IMG/VR virus record: IMGVR_UViG_3300031992_000028
Source: a virus
Lineage: Duplodnaviria > Caudoviricetes
Strand: one strand, 5' to 3'
Length of the DNA stretch: 64,000 nt
This document shows, piece after piece, positions 51,312-60,759 of this stretch (its first letter is position 1; each line of letters starts with the position of its first letter). The position numbers were made by a program, and so were the translations under genes. The notes beneath the pieces were generated by a model. That model ran no database searches. It had not been told where the DNA came from and saw only the letters and a list, made by a program, of their open reading frames with translations.

Positions 51312-52358
51312 ATGAGTGATAAAAAAAATTTAGATTTAGCTAAGTTAAAGGCAGATGATGAATTCTATACTTCTTTTGCTGATATTGTCACAGAATTATC
51401 ACATTGAATAAGTAAATTAAAAGATAAAAAAATTATTTGTCCATGTGATTTTATTCCGACTAAGAAAATAAGCTCTATAACAATTGATTTTAGCCAGGGT
51501 AAATATTTTATTAACTCAGTTAAAAAGAAAGCTTCAGATACGCCGTATTTTAATTTATTTGAGGACTTTACAGTGTCTGAACCGGCAACTGAAATTTCTG
51601 AAAGTCAATTAAGAGAAATTTTAGCTAATCAAGAAGTAGTAAATTTTGTTAATTATTTATGGGCAGTTGGTAAGGAAGCTAGGGTCAAATCTATTACAGC
51701 ATCGGGTTATAATATTAAGTCTGGCCTTGGTATTAGTTTTGATGAAGTAGATTATAGTCAATATGATTTAGTTATTACAAATCCACCATTTAGTTTGTAT
51801 AGTAGCTTTATGGAATGCATTGGTGATATTGATAAAATTATTATCGCACCATTTATGAATAGAGTTGCTCCATGTGTTGCTATTCCGCTTATGGAAAGAA
51901 AAGCTTATTTAGGTTATGGAAGACATTTAGCAATGAATTTCAACAATCCAACTGGTGGTAAAGGTAAAAAGGTTGCAGTTGATTGGATTGTTTCTTGGCC
52001 TGATGCACAAGATGAAGTAGATAAATTGTCCTGTAAAACTGGTATTAGATATGACATTTTGTCCTATAAAGACATGCCATATATGACAATGAAAGATGGA
52101 ACAAAGCCAATTAAAATTAATTCAGTTCAACAAATTCCAGATGACTATAATGGCTATATGTTTACATCAGTTGCTGTTTTAGATAAATTAAGCTATAATG
52201 AGTTTGATTGGATTTGCACAGGTTGTAAACGATATTTTAATAAAGAGCATCCAGAATTAAATCCATTTGCACATAAAGTTTCAAATGAAATGATTGGCTA
52301 TGGAACAGAAAATTCATGCTTTCATGGAATTCTATTTAAAAGAAAGCGTATAATATAG
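51312..52358 (+). CDS. EcoRI-methylase-like adenine methyltransferase (one TGA=Trp)
   Basis: DDEFYT...DI..EL.H(TGA 51405)...KKIICPCD; VITNPPFS; IPDDYNG.M. Confidence 0.8.
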
Positions 52359-52359
52359 T

Positions 52360-52623
52360 ATGAGTAAGATGATTTATAAAAAAGATTATACTACTAAAGC
52401 CCAAAAAGTAAAGCTTATAGAAAGTTGTTTTTTAGGTAGACAATATGTAGAAGGTCTTATTTATATGGATATTATAGATTGTGATTTAGGTGATGAATAT
52501 AATTTACCTGTTAAAGAACTGGATGAAGTTGAAGCATATATTCACAATCATTTTTATAGTATAATAAATAAAAATATAGACCAAGTTTGGGAAACAATTT
52601 GGGAGGACCTTAGCTATGCATAA
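52360..52623 (+). CDS. Hypothetical protein
   Basis: ORF track. Confidence 0.7.
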   Translation: MSKMIYKKDYTTKAQKVKLIESCFLGRQYVEGLIYMDIIDCDLGDEYNLPVKELDEVEAYIHNHFYSIINKNIDQVWETIWEDLSYA

Positions 52624-53074
52624 AACATGTTTTAATTGTAAATATTTTCATGGTTGCTTAGCTGAAGAAGACCCATCGCAATATCATATTCATAATTATT
52701 GCGAAATATTTAAAACCATACTTCCATTTGATATGGACAGTGAAGTAAATCATTTTTTAGAAGATCATTGGCATACAATGTGTAAAGCTTCTGTTGGCTG
52801 TGATTATGGCGTAAATGATGATTTAGAAACTGGTGAAGCAAGCTGTTATTTATATAAAGATGCAGACAAAGAATTCTGGTCAGACGAAAAATTTGAAGCT
52901 AATAAAAAGCATAATCTAGAACTTGCAATTAAAACATTAGAATATATGTTTGAAAAAGATGAAGTTTGGGATGAATTTGATGATTATACTTGGTATAAAT
53001 TAGATGATTACTACGAGGAAGATGAAATAGCTTATTATAGAGACCTATTAAAAAGATTGAAGGAGACGGAATAA
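52616..53074 (+). CDS. Cys-containing hypothetical protein
   Basis: CFNCKYF..C; GGAGG RBS. Confidence 0.7.
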   Translation: MHKTCFNCKYFHGCLAEEDPSQYHIHNYCEIFKTILPFDMDSEVNHFLEDHWHTMCKASVGCDYGVNDDLETGEASCYLYKDADKEFWSDEKFEANKKHNLELAIKTLEYMFEKDEVWDEFDDYTWYKLDDYYEEDEIAYYRDLLKRLKETE

Positions 53075-53613
53075 TGGCAATTAAAATTATTAAACACGGT
53101 GAAACAAAATTTAAAATTACTTGCCCAGTATGTGGATGTGAATTTGAGTATGAATTTGAAGATTTAGTTACTAAGTATGATTTTATTAAGCAAGTTAAAT
53201 GTCCAGATTGTGGTGAATGGCTAACACATAAAGATACTTTTCCAACATATCCAAATTATCCAAATTGGCCAAAGATAGGTGAGCCAATTCCAACTGGTCC
53301 ATCTGACCCAATTACTAAACCATATATTACATGGACAACCACTACTCCAAATTCTTGGCCAGATTGTGAAACTTGTCCAAATAAGCCAGATCCAACTAAA
53401 ACTGTAGTTGGGGATACACCTTGTACTTGGTGTCGTAAAAATCAACCATATTGCTTTACTGGTGATAAATTTCCAGAAGGGTATAAAGGTGGAGTGCATA
53501 CGGTAAATCCAGAGAGTTATAAAGATACTGTTACTACTTTTAGTAATAACTTGAATACTAATTATTCAGATATAAAAACTGGCTATACAGCTGAAATTAA
53601 AACTGAAAAATAA
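53074..53613 (+). CDS. Zinc-ribbon protein with Pro-rich linker
   Basis: CPVC...CPDC; CETC...CTWC. Confidence 0.75.
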   Translation: MAIKIIKHGETKFKITCPVCGCEFEYEFEDLVTKYDFIKQVKCPDCGEWLTHKDTFPTYPNYPNWPKIGEPIPTGPSDPITKPYITWTTTTPNSWPDCETCPNKPDPTKTVVGDTPCTWCRKNQPYCFTGDKFPEGYKGGVHTVNPESYKDTVTTFSNNLNTNYSDIKTGYTAEIKTEK

Positions 53614-53822
53614 TAGCAAAAAGCTATTATTTTTTTTATTTCTATTGTATAATATAATGTGTGTAGGTAATATTTGACCCACATTTAACCCTTGTGAAAG
53701 CTAAATAAGAAAGTGGCGGGAAGCTCATATAGCACACATTTGAGTTGAGACGATAGATAGCCGTTAGAAGAGGTTAATGAATTTTCCTGGATGAAATAAA
53801 AATTCTGACTAAGGAGATTTTT

Positions 53823-53975
53823 ATGGAAAAAATTATTAAAGCACTTAAAGATTATGTTAGAGTTAATGAGTCAAATAACACAGTTGAAATTTTTAATGAA
53901 TATGGTGTTAAAATGAGACTTGAAGTTGATGCAGAAACTTTAGCTGAATTTAAAAAGCACTATCCAAGTTTCTAA
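53823..53975 (+). CDS. Hypothetical protein (50 aa) with long leader
   Basis: AAGGAG RBS; terminator follows. Confidence 0.65.
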   Translation: MEKIIKALKDYVRVNESNNTVEIFNEYGVKMRLEVDAETLAEFKKHYPSF

Positions 53976-54070
53976 CTTATATAAATAAAAAAATAGCGTA
54001 AGTGTTTAAAAATAGATACTTACGCTTTTATTTTTATTTAAAGGTTGTATAATATAATAGAGATTTAATT

Positions 54071-54655
54071 ATGGGAAAGCTAGCAAAGCATTTAAAAACT
54101 ATTAGAATTCATAGAAAACAAGTACGAAAAATGTGCTGGAAAATGGGCTTATTTTGGCAAGGCCTAGTCCATGACTTATCAAAATATTCTTATACTGAGC
54201 TAAAAATATGTAAATACTGGACAGGAAAAGGATCACCGCATCAAGCTTGTAGAGAAGCTATTGGTTATAGTCCTAGTTGGAATCATCATTATCATAGAAA
54301 TAAACATCATTTTCAATTTTGGTGGGATGAAGATGAAGTAGGCAACATTATTCCAGTTAAAATGCCTTACAAATATGTTATAGAAAGCTTTTGTGATATG
54401 GTTGGGGCCAGTAAAGCTTATGGCGGAAAAACTTGGAAAGAAGAAGCAGTATGGAATTACTGGATTGATAAATGCAAAGGCCAAAGATTGATGAATAAGG
54501 AATCTGAATATTTAGTTGAAAAGCTTATTTGGAATTATTATCAACATGGTGAAAAAGAATTTATTAGTTTATATAAAAGAATTAAAAAGAATTTAAAAGA
54601 AAGTTATGAAAAAGGCACCTTAATTGCCGAGGACAGTTGTTATGCTCAATATTAG
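54071..54655 (+). CDS. DUF5662-like HD-related protein
   Basis: GL.HDLSKYS, HHYHRNKHH, E..CD.VGASKAY. Confidence 0.75.
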   Translation: MGKLAKHLKTIRIHRKQVRKMCWKMGLFWQGLVHDLSKYSYTELKICKYWTGKGSPHQACREAIGYSPSWNHHYHRNKHHFQFWWDEDEVGNIIPVKMPYKYVIESFCDMVGASKAYGGKTWKEEAVWNYWIDKCKGQRLMNKESEYLVEKLIWNYYQHGEKEFISLYKRIKKNLKESYEKGTLIAEDSCYAQY

Positions 54656-55523
54656 AAAAAATGTTTTTGAGACAAATAGTTCATCTATGCATAGTTTGGT
54701 TATTGTTAAAAAGCCAAAACCTTATACTAAGAATGAATTAAATCTTTTTACTTACCATAATAAAAATGAATTTAATTTATTTGATTGGTCTGAAGACGGT
54801 AATTATGAAAGAGCGCCTTATAGAGTCTTAAGAACACCACTTGATAAACTTAGATACTACAGTGCTTATATTTTAGGTACCTGTGGAGAGCTTGATAAAA
54901 TCAATGATATTAAAAATTTTATTAATCAACAAACAGGTATTAATCAAGAAAATATTAATCTTGAACATATTGAAACTCATTATATTAAAAGAGACAAAGA
55001 AGTTGAAACTAGAGATTATGGGTATGTTAGTCAAAATGATTCTGGCGAAGATGTTTTTGAGTTTGTAAAAAGAAAGAATATTGATTGGAAAGATCTTATT
55101 TTAAATCCAAAATATGTTATTATTGTTGATGGCGATGAATATCAGCTATTTAAAGCATTATTTGATAGTAATATTTTAGATGCAAATAATTTTGAAGATA
55201 TTTCTTCTGGTCCAGACTTTTGGAATGATTCAGAAAAGTGTATTTATTTAAGCTGGTTTGAATCTGCTACTTTAACTGAACAGACTGCAGACCATTATGC
55301 AGATGATATTTCTGAATTTATTAATACCTTAAAGTTTGTAATTTCAGTTGATACTTATAAATTATATAATAAACATATGCAATTAATTAAAGATATCTGT
55401 GCACTTGCAAGAAGTAAAAATCCAAATATTAAAATTATTTTAGAAAATGATTATTATGAACGTGAAAAAGTAAAAAGTGTTTCAGCACTAGATACTTCTA
55501 TGTTTGATGAGGTTAGAATTTAA
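54642..55523 (+). CDS. FETNSSS-family protein 1
   Basis: MLNIRKNVFETNSSSMHSL; LRTPLDKL.Y. Confidence 0.75.
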   Translation: MLNIRKNVFETNSSSMHSLVIVKKPKPYTKNELNLFTYHNKNEFNLFDWSEDGNYERAPYRVLRTPLDKLRYYSAYILGTCGELDKINDIKNFINQQTGINQENINLEHIETHYIKRDKEVETRDYGYVSQNDSGEDVFEFVKRKNIDWKDLILNPKYVIIVDGDEYQLFKALFDSNILDANNFEDISSGPDFWNDSEKCIYLSWFESATLTEQTADHYADDISEFINTLKFVISVDTYKLYNKHMQLIKDICALARSKNPNIKIILENDYYEREKVKSVSALDTSMFDEVRI

Positions 55524-55957
55524 TGATACAAATTAGAAATGGCACATTTGAAACTAATAGTAGCTCAACTCATTCTTTAGTTATATTAAATAAAGAGGAT
55601 TGGGAAGAGGTTAAAAATGGTAATTTATTTATTGATATTTTAGATGCAGAAAGATATTCTAAGTTTCCTAGATTAGTTACAGAGAATTTTATTTTCGCAG
55701 AAGCCAGAGAAGATTATTTAGAAGAAGAAAGGTCTCGTGGCAAAGATTGTCATAATTCTTTCAGAGATGGACATTATATTTCTTGGGAAGAAATTTTAGC
55801 AAACTGCAAAGGTGATTATCGCGGATATGATTGTAATATTTTTGGTATGGCAGGCGAAAAATATATCAATCCAAAAAGCTGCGTTTGGCACAGTTGTACA
55901 GAAGAAGATTTAGGCAATGGAACAGTTAAAGTTGAAATAGACCATTTCTTTGGTTAG
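55523..55957 (+). CDS. FETNSSS-family protein 2
   Basis: MIQIRNGTFETNSSSTHSL. Confidence 0.75.
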   Translation: MIQIRNGTFETNSSSTHSLVILNKEDWEEVKNGNLFIDILDAERYSKFPRLVTENFIFAEAREDYLEEERSRGKDCHNSFRDGHYISWEEILANCKGDYRGYDCNIFGMAGEKYINPKSCVWHSCTEEDLGNGTVKVEIDHFFG

Positions 55958-55966
55958 GAGAATAAT

Positions 55967-56503
55967 ATGATTAAAATTAGAAATTCAGTTTTTGAAACAA
56001 ACAGCAGCTCATCACACAGTTTAGTTTTTTCTAAGGTTGATAGAGGACATAATTATGATTTACCAGTTGATGAAGATGGTATTTTAACTATTCCATTCGG
56101 TGAATTTGGCTGGGGTCCTGAAGTTCTTAGAACACCTTTAGAAAAGTTGTCTTATACTGTTACTGATAGAGGTGGTTGGTCTTATGATGACGATAGTAAA
56201 TCTTGGGATGAAATTTTAGAAGAATTAAAAGAAGATGATGAAATTCAACAAATTATTGAAATAGTCAAAAGAAATGTTCCAGCGGTAAGAGAAGTTACTT
56301 TTGAGCCAGCCAGTGATTGTTATCCTCGTGGATATGTAGATCATCAAAGCCAGGGAACTTCAAGAAATGCTGATACTGAAGATATAATTTTTAATAATAG
56401 TATTATTATTTTAATCGATAATGATAATAGTTGTCATTTTGAGGATTATATTAAAATCTGGAGTGATAGTCCAGCTTCTAAGGATATAGAAGATTTATTT
56501 TAA
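55967..56503 (+). CDS. FETNSSS-family protein 3
   Basis: MIKIRNSVFETNSSSSHSL; LRTPLEKLSY; GYVDHQS. Confidence 0.75.
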   Translation: MIKIRNSVFETNSSSSHSLVFSKVDRGHNYDLPVDEDGILTIPFGEFGWGPEVLRTPLEKLSYTVTDRGGWSYDDDSKSWDEILEELKEDDEIQQIIEIVKRNVPAVREVTFEPASDCYPRGYVDHQSQGTSRNADTEDIIFNNSIIILIDNDNSCHFEDYIKIWSDSPASKDIEDLF

Positions 56504-56514
56504 AGGAGATAAGT

Positions 56515-56886
56515 ATGGTTCAAGTAAGAAAAGGTGTTTTTGAAACAAATAGTTCTAGCACCCACAGCCTAGTTATGGCTGTTCAATCAGAGTTTGACAA
56601 ATGGGAAAATGGAGAACTTTATTACTGTGAATGGTTTGGTAGTAAATTAAAAGAAGCTGGTTTTGAGGAAAAAGATTTTTATACTAAAGAAGAAGTTAAA
56701 AAAGCTTGCGAAATTTTAGGCATTGAATTTGATTCAGATGAAGATGGCTGGAGCGAGCGCAGAGAACATTTCGTTACATATGATGAATTCTGTGATACAG
56801 ATTATCTTGAAACTAATGAATATTCTTATACTACGCCTTCAGGTGAAGTTGTTAAAGCTATTGCAAAATATGGCTATGATGGCTAA
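56515..56886 (+). CDS. FETNSSS-family protein 4
   Basis: MVQVRKGVFETNSSSTHSL; ends YGYDG. Confidence 0.75.
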   Translation: MVQVRKGVFETNSSSTHSLVMAVQSEFDKWENGELYYCEWFGSKLKEAGFEEKDFYTKEEVKKACEILGIEFDSDEDGWSERREHFVTYDEFCDTDYLETNEYSYTTPSGEVVKAIAKYGYDG

Positions 56887-56968
56887 TTAAAAAATAATAA
56901 AAGTATTAAAAAGGGGCTAAACCGGCCTCTTTTTTGTTGTATAATAAAATATAGCGAGGTAAATTATT

Positions 56969-57865
56969 ATGGAATTACTTGGAAAAGTTCGTAATGGTAA
57001 TTATGATATTTATATGTTTTCTGACGGTACAAAGGTTAGAAAAAATAATTTAGATTGTTTTATTCCTGATAAGCCAGAAAGTATGGATTATAAAATTACA
57101 AATAAATGTGATAAAGGTTGTGCATTTTGTCATGAAGATAGCAGACCAGATGGCCAACATGGCGATATTATGCATGATAAGTTTATTGAAACATTAAATC
57201 CGTATACTGAATTAGCAATTGGTGGTGGAAATCCTTTAGAGCACCCTGATTTAATTAAGTTTTTAAGAAAATGTAAAAAACTTAGACTTATTCTAAATAT
57301 GACTGTTAATCAAGTTCATTTTATGAAACACTTTGATGAGATTAAGAGAATGATTGATGAGCATTTAATTTATGGTTTAGGCGTTTCTTTAGTTACTATT
57401 ACAGATGAATTTATTAAAAAAGTTCAACAAATTCCAACTGCAGTTATCCACATGATTAATGGAGTTCATTCAGTTGAAGACTTTAAGAAACTTTATGATA
57501 AAAATTTAAAAATTTTAATTCTTGGCTATAAAGAATTTAGACGTGGTAAAGCTTATTATAACGAAGAAGTTGAATTTGAAAAAGAAAGGCTTTATGTATT
57601 TTTACCAGAAGTTGTAGAGCATTTTAAAGTTGTTAGTTTTGACAATTTAGCTCTTGACCAATTAAAAGTCAAAGATATGTTATCTAAAGCTGAATGGGAT
57701 CAATTTTTCATGGGAAATGATGGTACTTTTACGATGTATGTAGATTCTGTAAATAAAACATTTAGTAGAAGCTCTACCACACCTATTGAACAAAGACATG
57801 CCATGTTAGATGATATTAAACCAATGTTTGACCAAATTCGTTCAGAAAGTCAAACAAGTTTATAA
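56969..57865 (+). CDS. Radical SAM protein
   Basis: ITNKCDKGCAFCHE (CX3CX2C); GGGNP. Confidence 0.9.
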   Translation: MELLGKVRNGNYDIYMFSDGTKVRKNNLDCFIPDKPESMDYKITNKCDKGCAFCHEDSRPDGQHGDIMHDKFIETLNPYTELAIGGGNPLEHPDLIKFLRKCKKLRLILNMTVNQVHFMKHFDEIKRMIDEHLIYGLGVSLVTITDEFIKKVQQIPTAVIHMINGVHSVEDFKKLYDKNLKILILGYKEFRRGKAYYNEEVEFEKERLYVFLPEVVEHFKVVSFDNLALDQLKVKDMLSKAEWDQFFMGNDGTFTMYVDSVNKTFSRSSTTPIEQRHAMLDDIKPMFDQIRSESQTSL

Positions 57866-57906
57866 AAGCTATTTACAAAAGTAATTAATTGTGATATAAT
57901 ATAATT

Positions 57907-58374
57907 ATGAAAGATATAGTTAAATACCCAAATCCAATTTTAAGAGAAATTTCAGAGCCTGTTAAACTTCCTCTATCTAAGGAAGACAGACTGCTTTTAG
58001 ATGAAATGTTTTCTTATATAAAAGATCCAAGTCATAATGCAGTTGGTCTATCAGCGGTTCAAGTTGGTATTTTAAAAAGAATGTGCGCCATTAGGATTAC
58101 GGGTGAAAAAACTATTAGTTATAAATTAGTTAATCCAAGAATTATTAGACATAGTTCAAAACAAACATTTGTTCCAGAAGGCTGTTTATCTGTCTTAGAA
58201 GAGCATGATGAAAATATTCCAAGATGGGAAAGTGTTACAGTTATGGCTTATGATGCTATTCAAAATAAAAATATTATGATTAATGCTTATGGTTGGGAAG
58301 CAAAAGTTTTACAACATGAAATTGATCATATGGATGGTAAGTTATATATAGACTACATTAAGGAGTTTGACTAA
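57907..58374 (+). CDS. def: Peptide deformylase
   Basis: GLSAVQVG, EGCLS, QHEIDH. Confidence 0.95.
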   Translation: MKDIVKYPNPILREISEPVKLPLSKEDRLLLDEMFSYIKDPSHNAVGLSAVQVGILKRMCAIRITGEKTISYKLVNPRIIRHSSKQTFVPEGCLSVLEEHDENIPRWESVTVMAYDAIQNKNIMINAYGWEAKVLQHEIDHMDGKLYIDYIKEFD

Positions 58375-58652
58375 TGGAATTTAAACCAAACTATAAAACA
58401 GAGGATGGATTATTTGAAATAATGCTTGATAAAAGCACATTAACTTTAGAGCATCCAGAAGCAAGAGAAAACTGGGTATCTAAAGATATTACTTCTTCTA
58501 CAAAAATAACTGTTTATAATACTAAAACTAAAGCTTTAAGTCAAAAGTCAATTTATTATAGTAAAACAAAAGGTTTTTATTTTAAGGGACACTATGGCTA
58601 TTGGAATAATTATAGTTATAGTATCAGCGAATTAATACCAATAGAGGAATAG
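58374..58652 (+). CDS. Hypothetical protein
   Basis: AAGGAG RBS; TAATG coupling. Confidence 0.7.
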   Translation: MEFKPNYKTEDGLFEIMLDKSTLTLEHPEARENWVSKDITSSTKITVYNTKTKALSQKSIYYSKTKGFYFKGHYGYWNNYSYSISELIPIEE

Positions 58653-58655
58653 CAA

Positions 58656-59987
58656 ATGTTATTAGAATTTAAAGAATTTTATGATAAAATTACTGCAGAA
58701 GCTGGACGAAATTATAAAATTTCGGTTTTAGAAGAATATTGCAAATCTAAAGATATTTTATATCTTTTGGATTTTATTTATAATCCTTATATTACAACTG
58801 GAATTTCAGATAAAAAAGTAAATAAAAAGTTTGATAAGGGAACAAAAACTAATGCTGACTGGAAGAACCCATATGAGCTTCCTAGTTTTAAGTCCTTATT
58901 GGAATATCTTAAAGTTAATAATACTGGTAGAGACTTTGATATTTTAACTGTACAGATTTGGGAAGATGTTGCTTTTTATGAAGCAGGTGAACAACTATAT
59001 TCAGTAGCAGCACCAGATATTTGGCATAAGCTTTTTAATGATATTATTACAAAAAATGTTCAACTTGGTATTGACTCAAAAACAATTAATAAAGTTATTC
59101 CAGGCTTGATTCCAGAATTTAATGTTCAATTAAGTAATAAATATTTTGATAAGCCAGAAGTAGTCGAAGGTAAAGAATTTGTTTTGACAACTAAGATTGA
59201 TGGCAGTAGAATTATTGCTATGAAAGAAGAGGGCAAAGTCAGTTTTTGGACTCGTCAGGGACAAAAGTATGAAGGCCTCGTTGATTTAGAAGCCGCTTTA
59301 TTAAAGTCTCCAGAAGATAATATTGTTTTAGACGGCGAAATAGTTGCCATTGACACAGCTAAAGAAGATACTTATAAAAATACTATGAAATTAAGCCGAA
59401 CAAAAGATTTAGAAAAACATGGCTTAAAAATGTTGGTATTTGACTATATGCCGATAGCTAACTTTAAGATGCAGTGTTGTCCTCTTACTTACAGAGCAAG
59501 AAGAGCAACTTTATCTGCTATTTTTGATTTTAATGCTCAATATTTTAGATCTTATTTTGAATTATTACCAAAACTATATCAAGGCTCTGATACGAGTAAG
59601 ATTATTGAGATTTTAGAAGACCAAGTTTCTAAAGGTGAAGAAGGTATTATGATAAACTTACTTGATGCGCCCTATGAATTTAAGAGAACTAATAATCTAC
59701 TTAAAGTTAAAAAGTTCAAAGATACTGAAGTTGAGATTATTGGCTTTGAAGAAGGAACAAATAAATTAGTTGGAACTCTTGGTGCATTTATATGTAAGTA
59801 TAAAGATAATGAAGTTAGAGTTGGCTCAGGTTTAACAGATGAAGATAGAGCTTATTTTTGGGCCAATAAAGACAAGTTTTTAGGTAAGTTTATTACAGTT
59901 AAATACTTTGAAACTTCTGTTGATTCTAAGACAGGTTTAGAAAGTTTAAGATTTCCAATATTTTTAAGAATAAGAGAGGATATTTAG
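58656..59987 (+). CDS. ATP-dependent DNA ligase
   Basis: KIDG, LDGE, VFD, EGIM, LKVK; OB domain VGSG...SLRFP.F.RIRED. Confidence 0.95.
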   Translation: MLLEFKEFYDKITAEAGRNYKISVLEEYCKSKDILYLLDFIYNPYITTGISDKKVNKKFDKGTKTNADWKNPYELPSFKSLLEYLKVNNTGRDFDILTVQIWEDVAFYEAGEQLYSVAAPDIWHKLFNDIITKNVQLGIDSKTINKVIPGLIPEFNVQLSNKYFDKPEVVEGKEFVLTTKIDGSRIIAMKEEGKVSFWTRQGQKYEGLVDLEAALLKSPEDNIVLDGEIVAIDTAKEDTYKNTMKLSRTKDLEKHGLKMLVFDYMPIANFKMQCCPLTYRARRATLSAIFDFNAQYFRSYFELLPKLYQGSDTSKIIEILEDQVSKGEEGIMINLLDAPYEFKRTNNLLKVKKFKDTEVEIIGFEEGTNKLVGTLGAFICKYKDNEVRVGSGLTDEDRAYFWANKDKFLGKFITVKYFETSVDSKTGLESLRFPIFLRIREDI

Positions 59988-59989
59988 AT

Positions 59990-60505
59990 ATGGCAAATGG
60001 AAGACACGGTTTAGGAATTAGTCCAGCAGCATCAAATTTAACATCACCATGCCCAAGAATGATTGATGCTTATTTTAGGCAACAGCTTATGTATAATAGG
60101 GTTGCTCCAGATAATCCAAACTGTAAGGATAATTTTTATGTTAAATATACTAAAACGCTTAATCATTCAGACAATCCAATTAAACCCGATTTAGCAAATA
60201 TTTCATGTACTTCACATATTATTGTAGACCTATACACAGGTGCAATTATAGATAGTTATTTTAAAATTAATAAAGGTAGTCCAATTAGATCATACACAGA
60301 TTGTCCTAATATAGCTAGTTTACAGCTGGTTTTTAAGTGGCACTTAAATCTAGTTCATATGACGCGTGAATATATTAAATGTGGTTGGTTACAGAGAGAT
60401 TCTGTTAAAAAAGAAATTGAAAAGTCAAAAGCAAGCTGTTATATTATTAATAAAGTTGGTACTACTAACTTATTAAATAAAGCAAAGCCAGATGAATTAT
60501 GTTAG
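59990..60505 (+). CDS. Hypothetical protein
   Basis: GAGGA RBS. Confidence 0.65.
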   Translation: MANGRHGLGISPAASNLTSPCPRMIDAYFRQQLMYNRVAPDNPNCKDNFYVKYTKTLNHSDNPIKPDLANISCTSHIIVDLYTGAIIDSYFKINKGSPIRSYTDCPNIASLQLVFKWHLNLVHMTREYIKCGWLQRDSVKKEIEKSKASCYIINKVGTTNLLNKAKPDELC

Positions 60506-60702
60506 TTACAATAAGATTTAAAGATAAAGATACTTTACTTTGTGATAGCTTAGATAATCTTACTTTTAAGCTTAATGAAGAAAAGCAAGAGTTAGAAATT
60601 TATAAAGACGGAAAATTCCAAGGATATTATTGCAGTATTTTAGGTATAACTGAAGATGAATTTATAAAGTATATTCAAGATCAGCAAATAGAGATAATTT
60701 AA
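60499..60702 (+). CDS. Hypothetical protein
   Basis: ORF track. Confidence 0.6.
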   Translation: MLVTIRFKDKDTLLCDSLDNLTFKLNEEKQELEIYKDGKFQGYYCSILGITEDEFIKYIQDQQIEII

Positions 60703-60759
60703 AAAAGGGGTTTACAAAGCCTCTTTTTTGTTGTATAATATTATTAGAGGATTTAAAAC

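Noticed and set aside
2319-54484. Minus-strand and alternative-frame ORFs in the track (e.g. 2319, 2613, 3692, 20243, 37798, 48461)
   Set aside because: They are shadows of better-supported + strand genes and lack RBSs or motifs.
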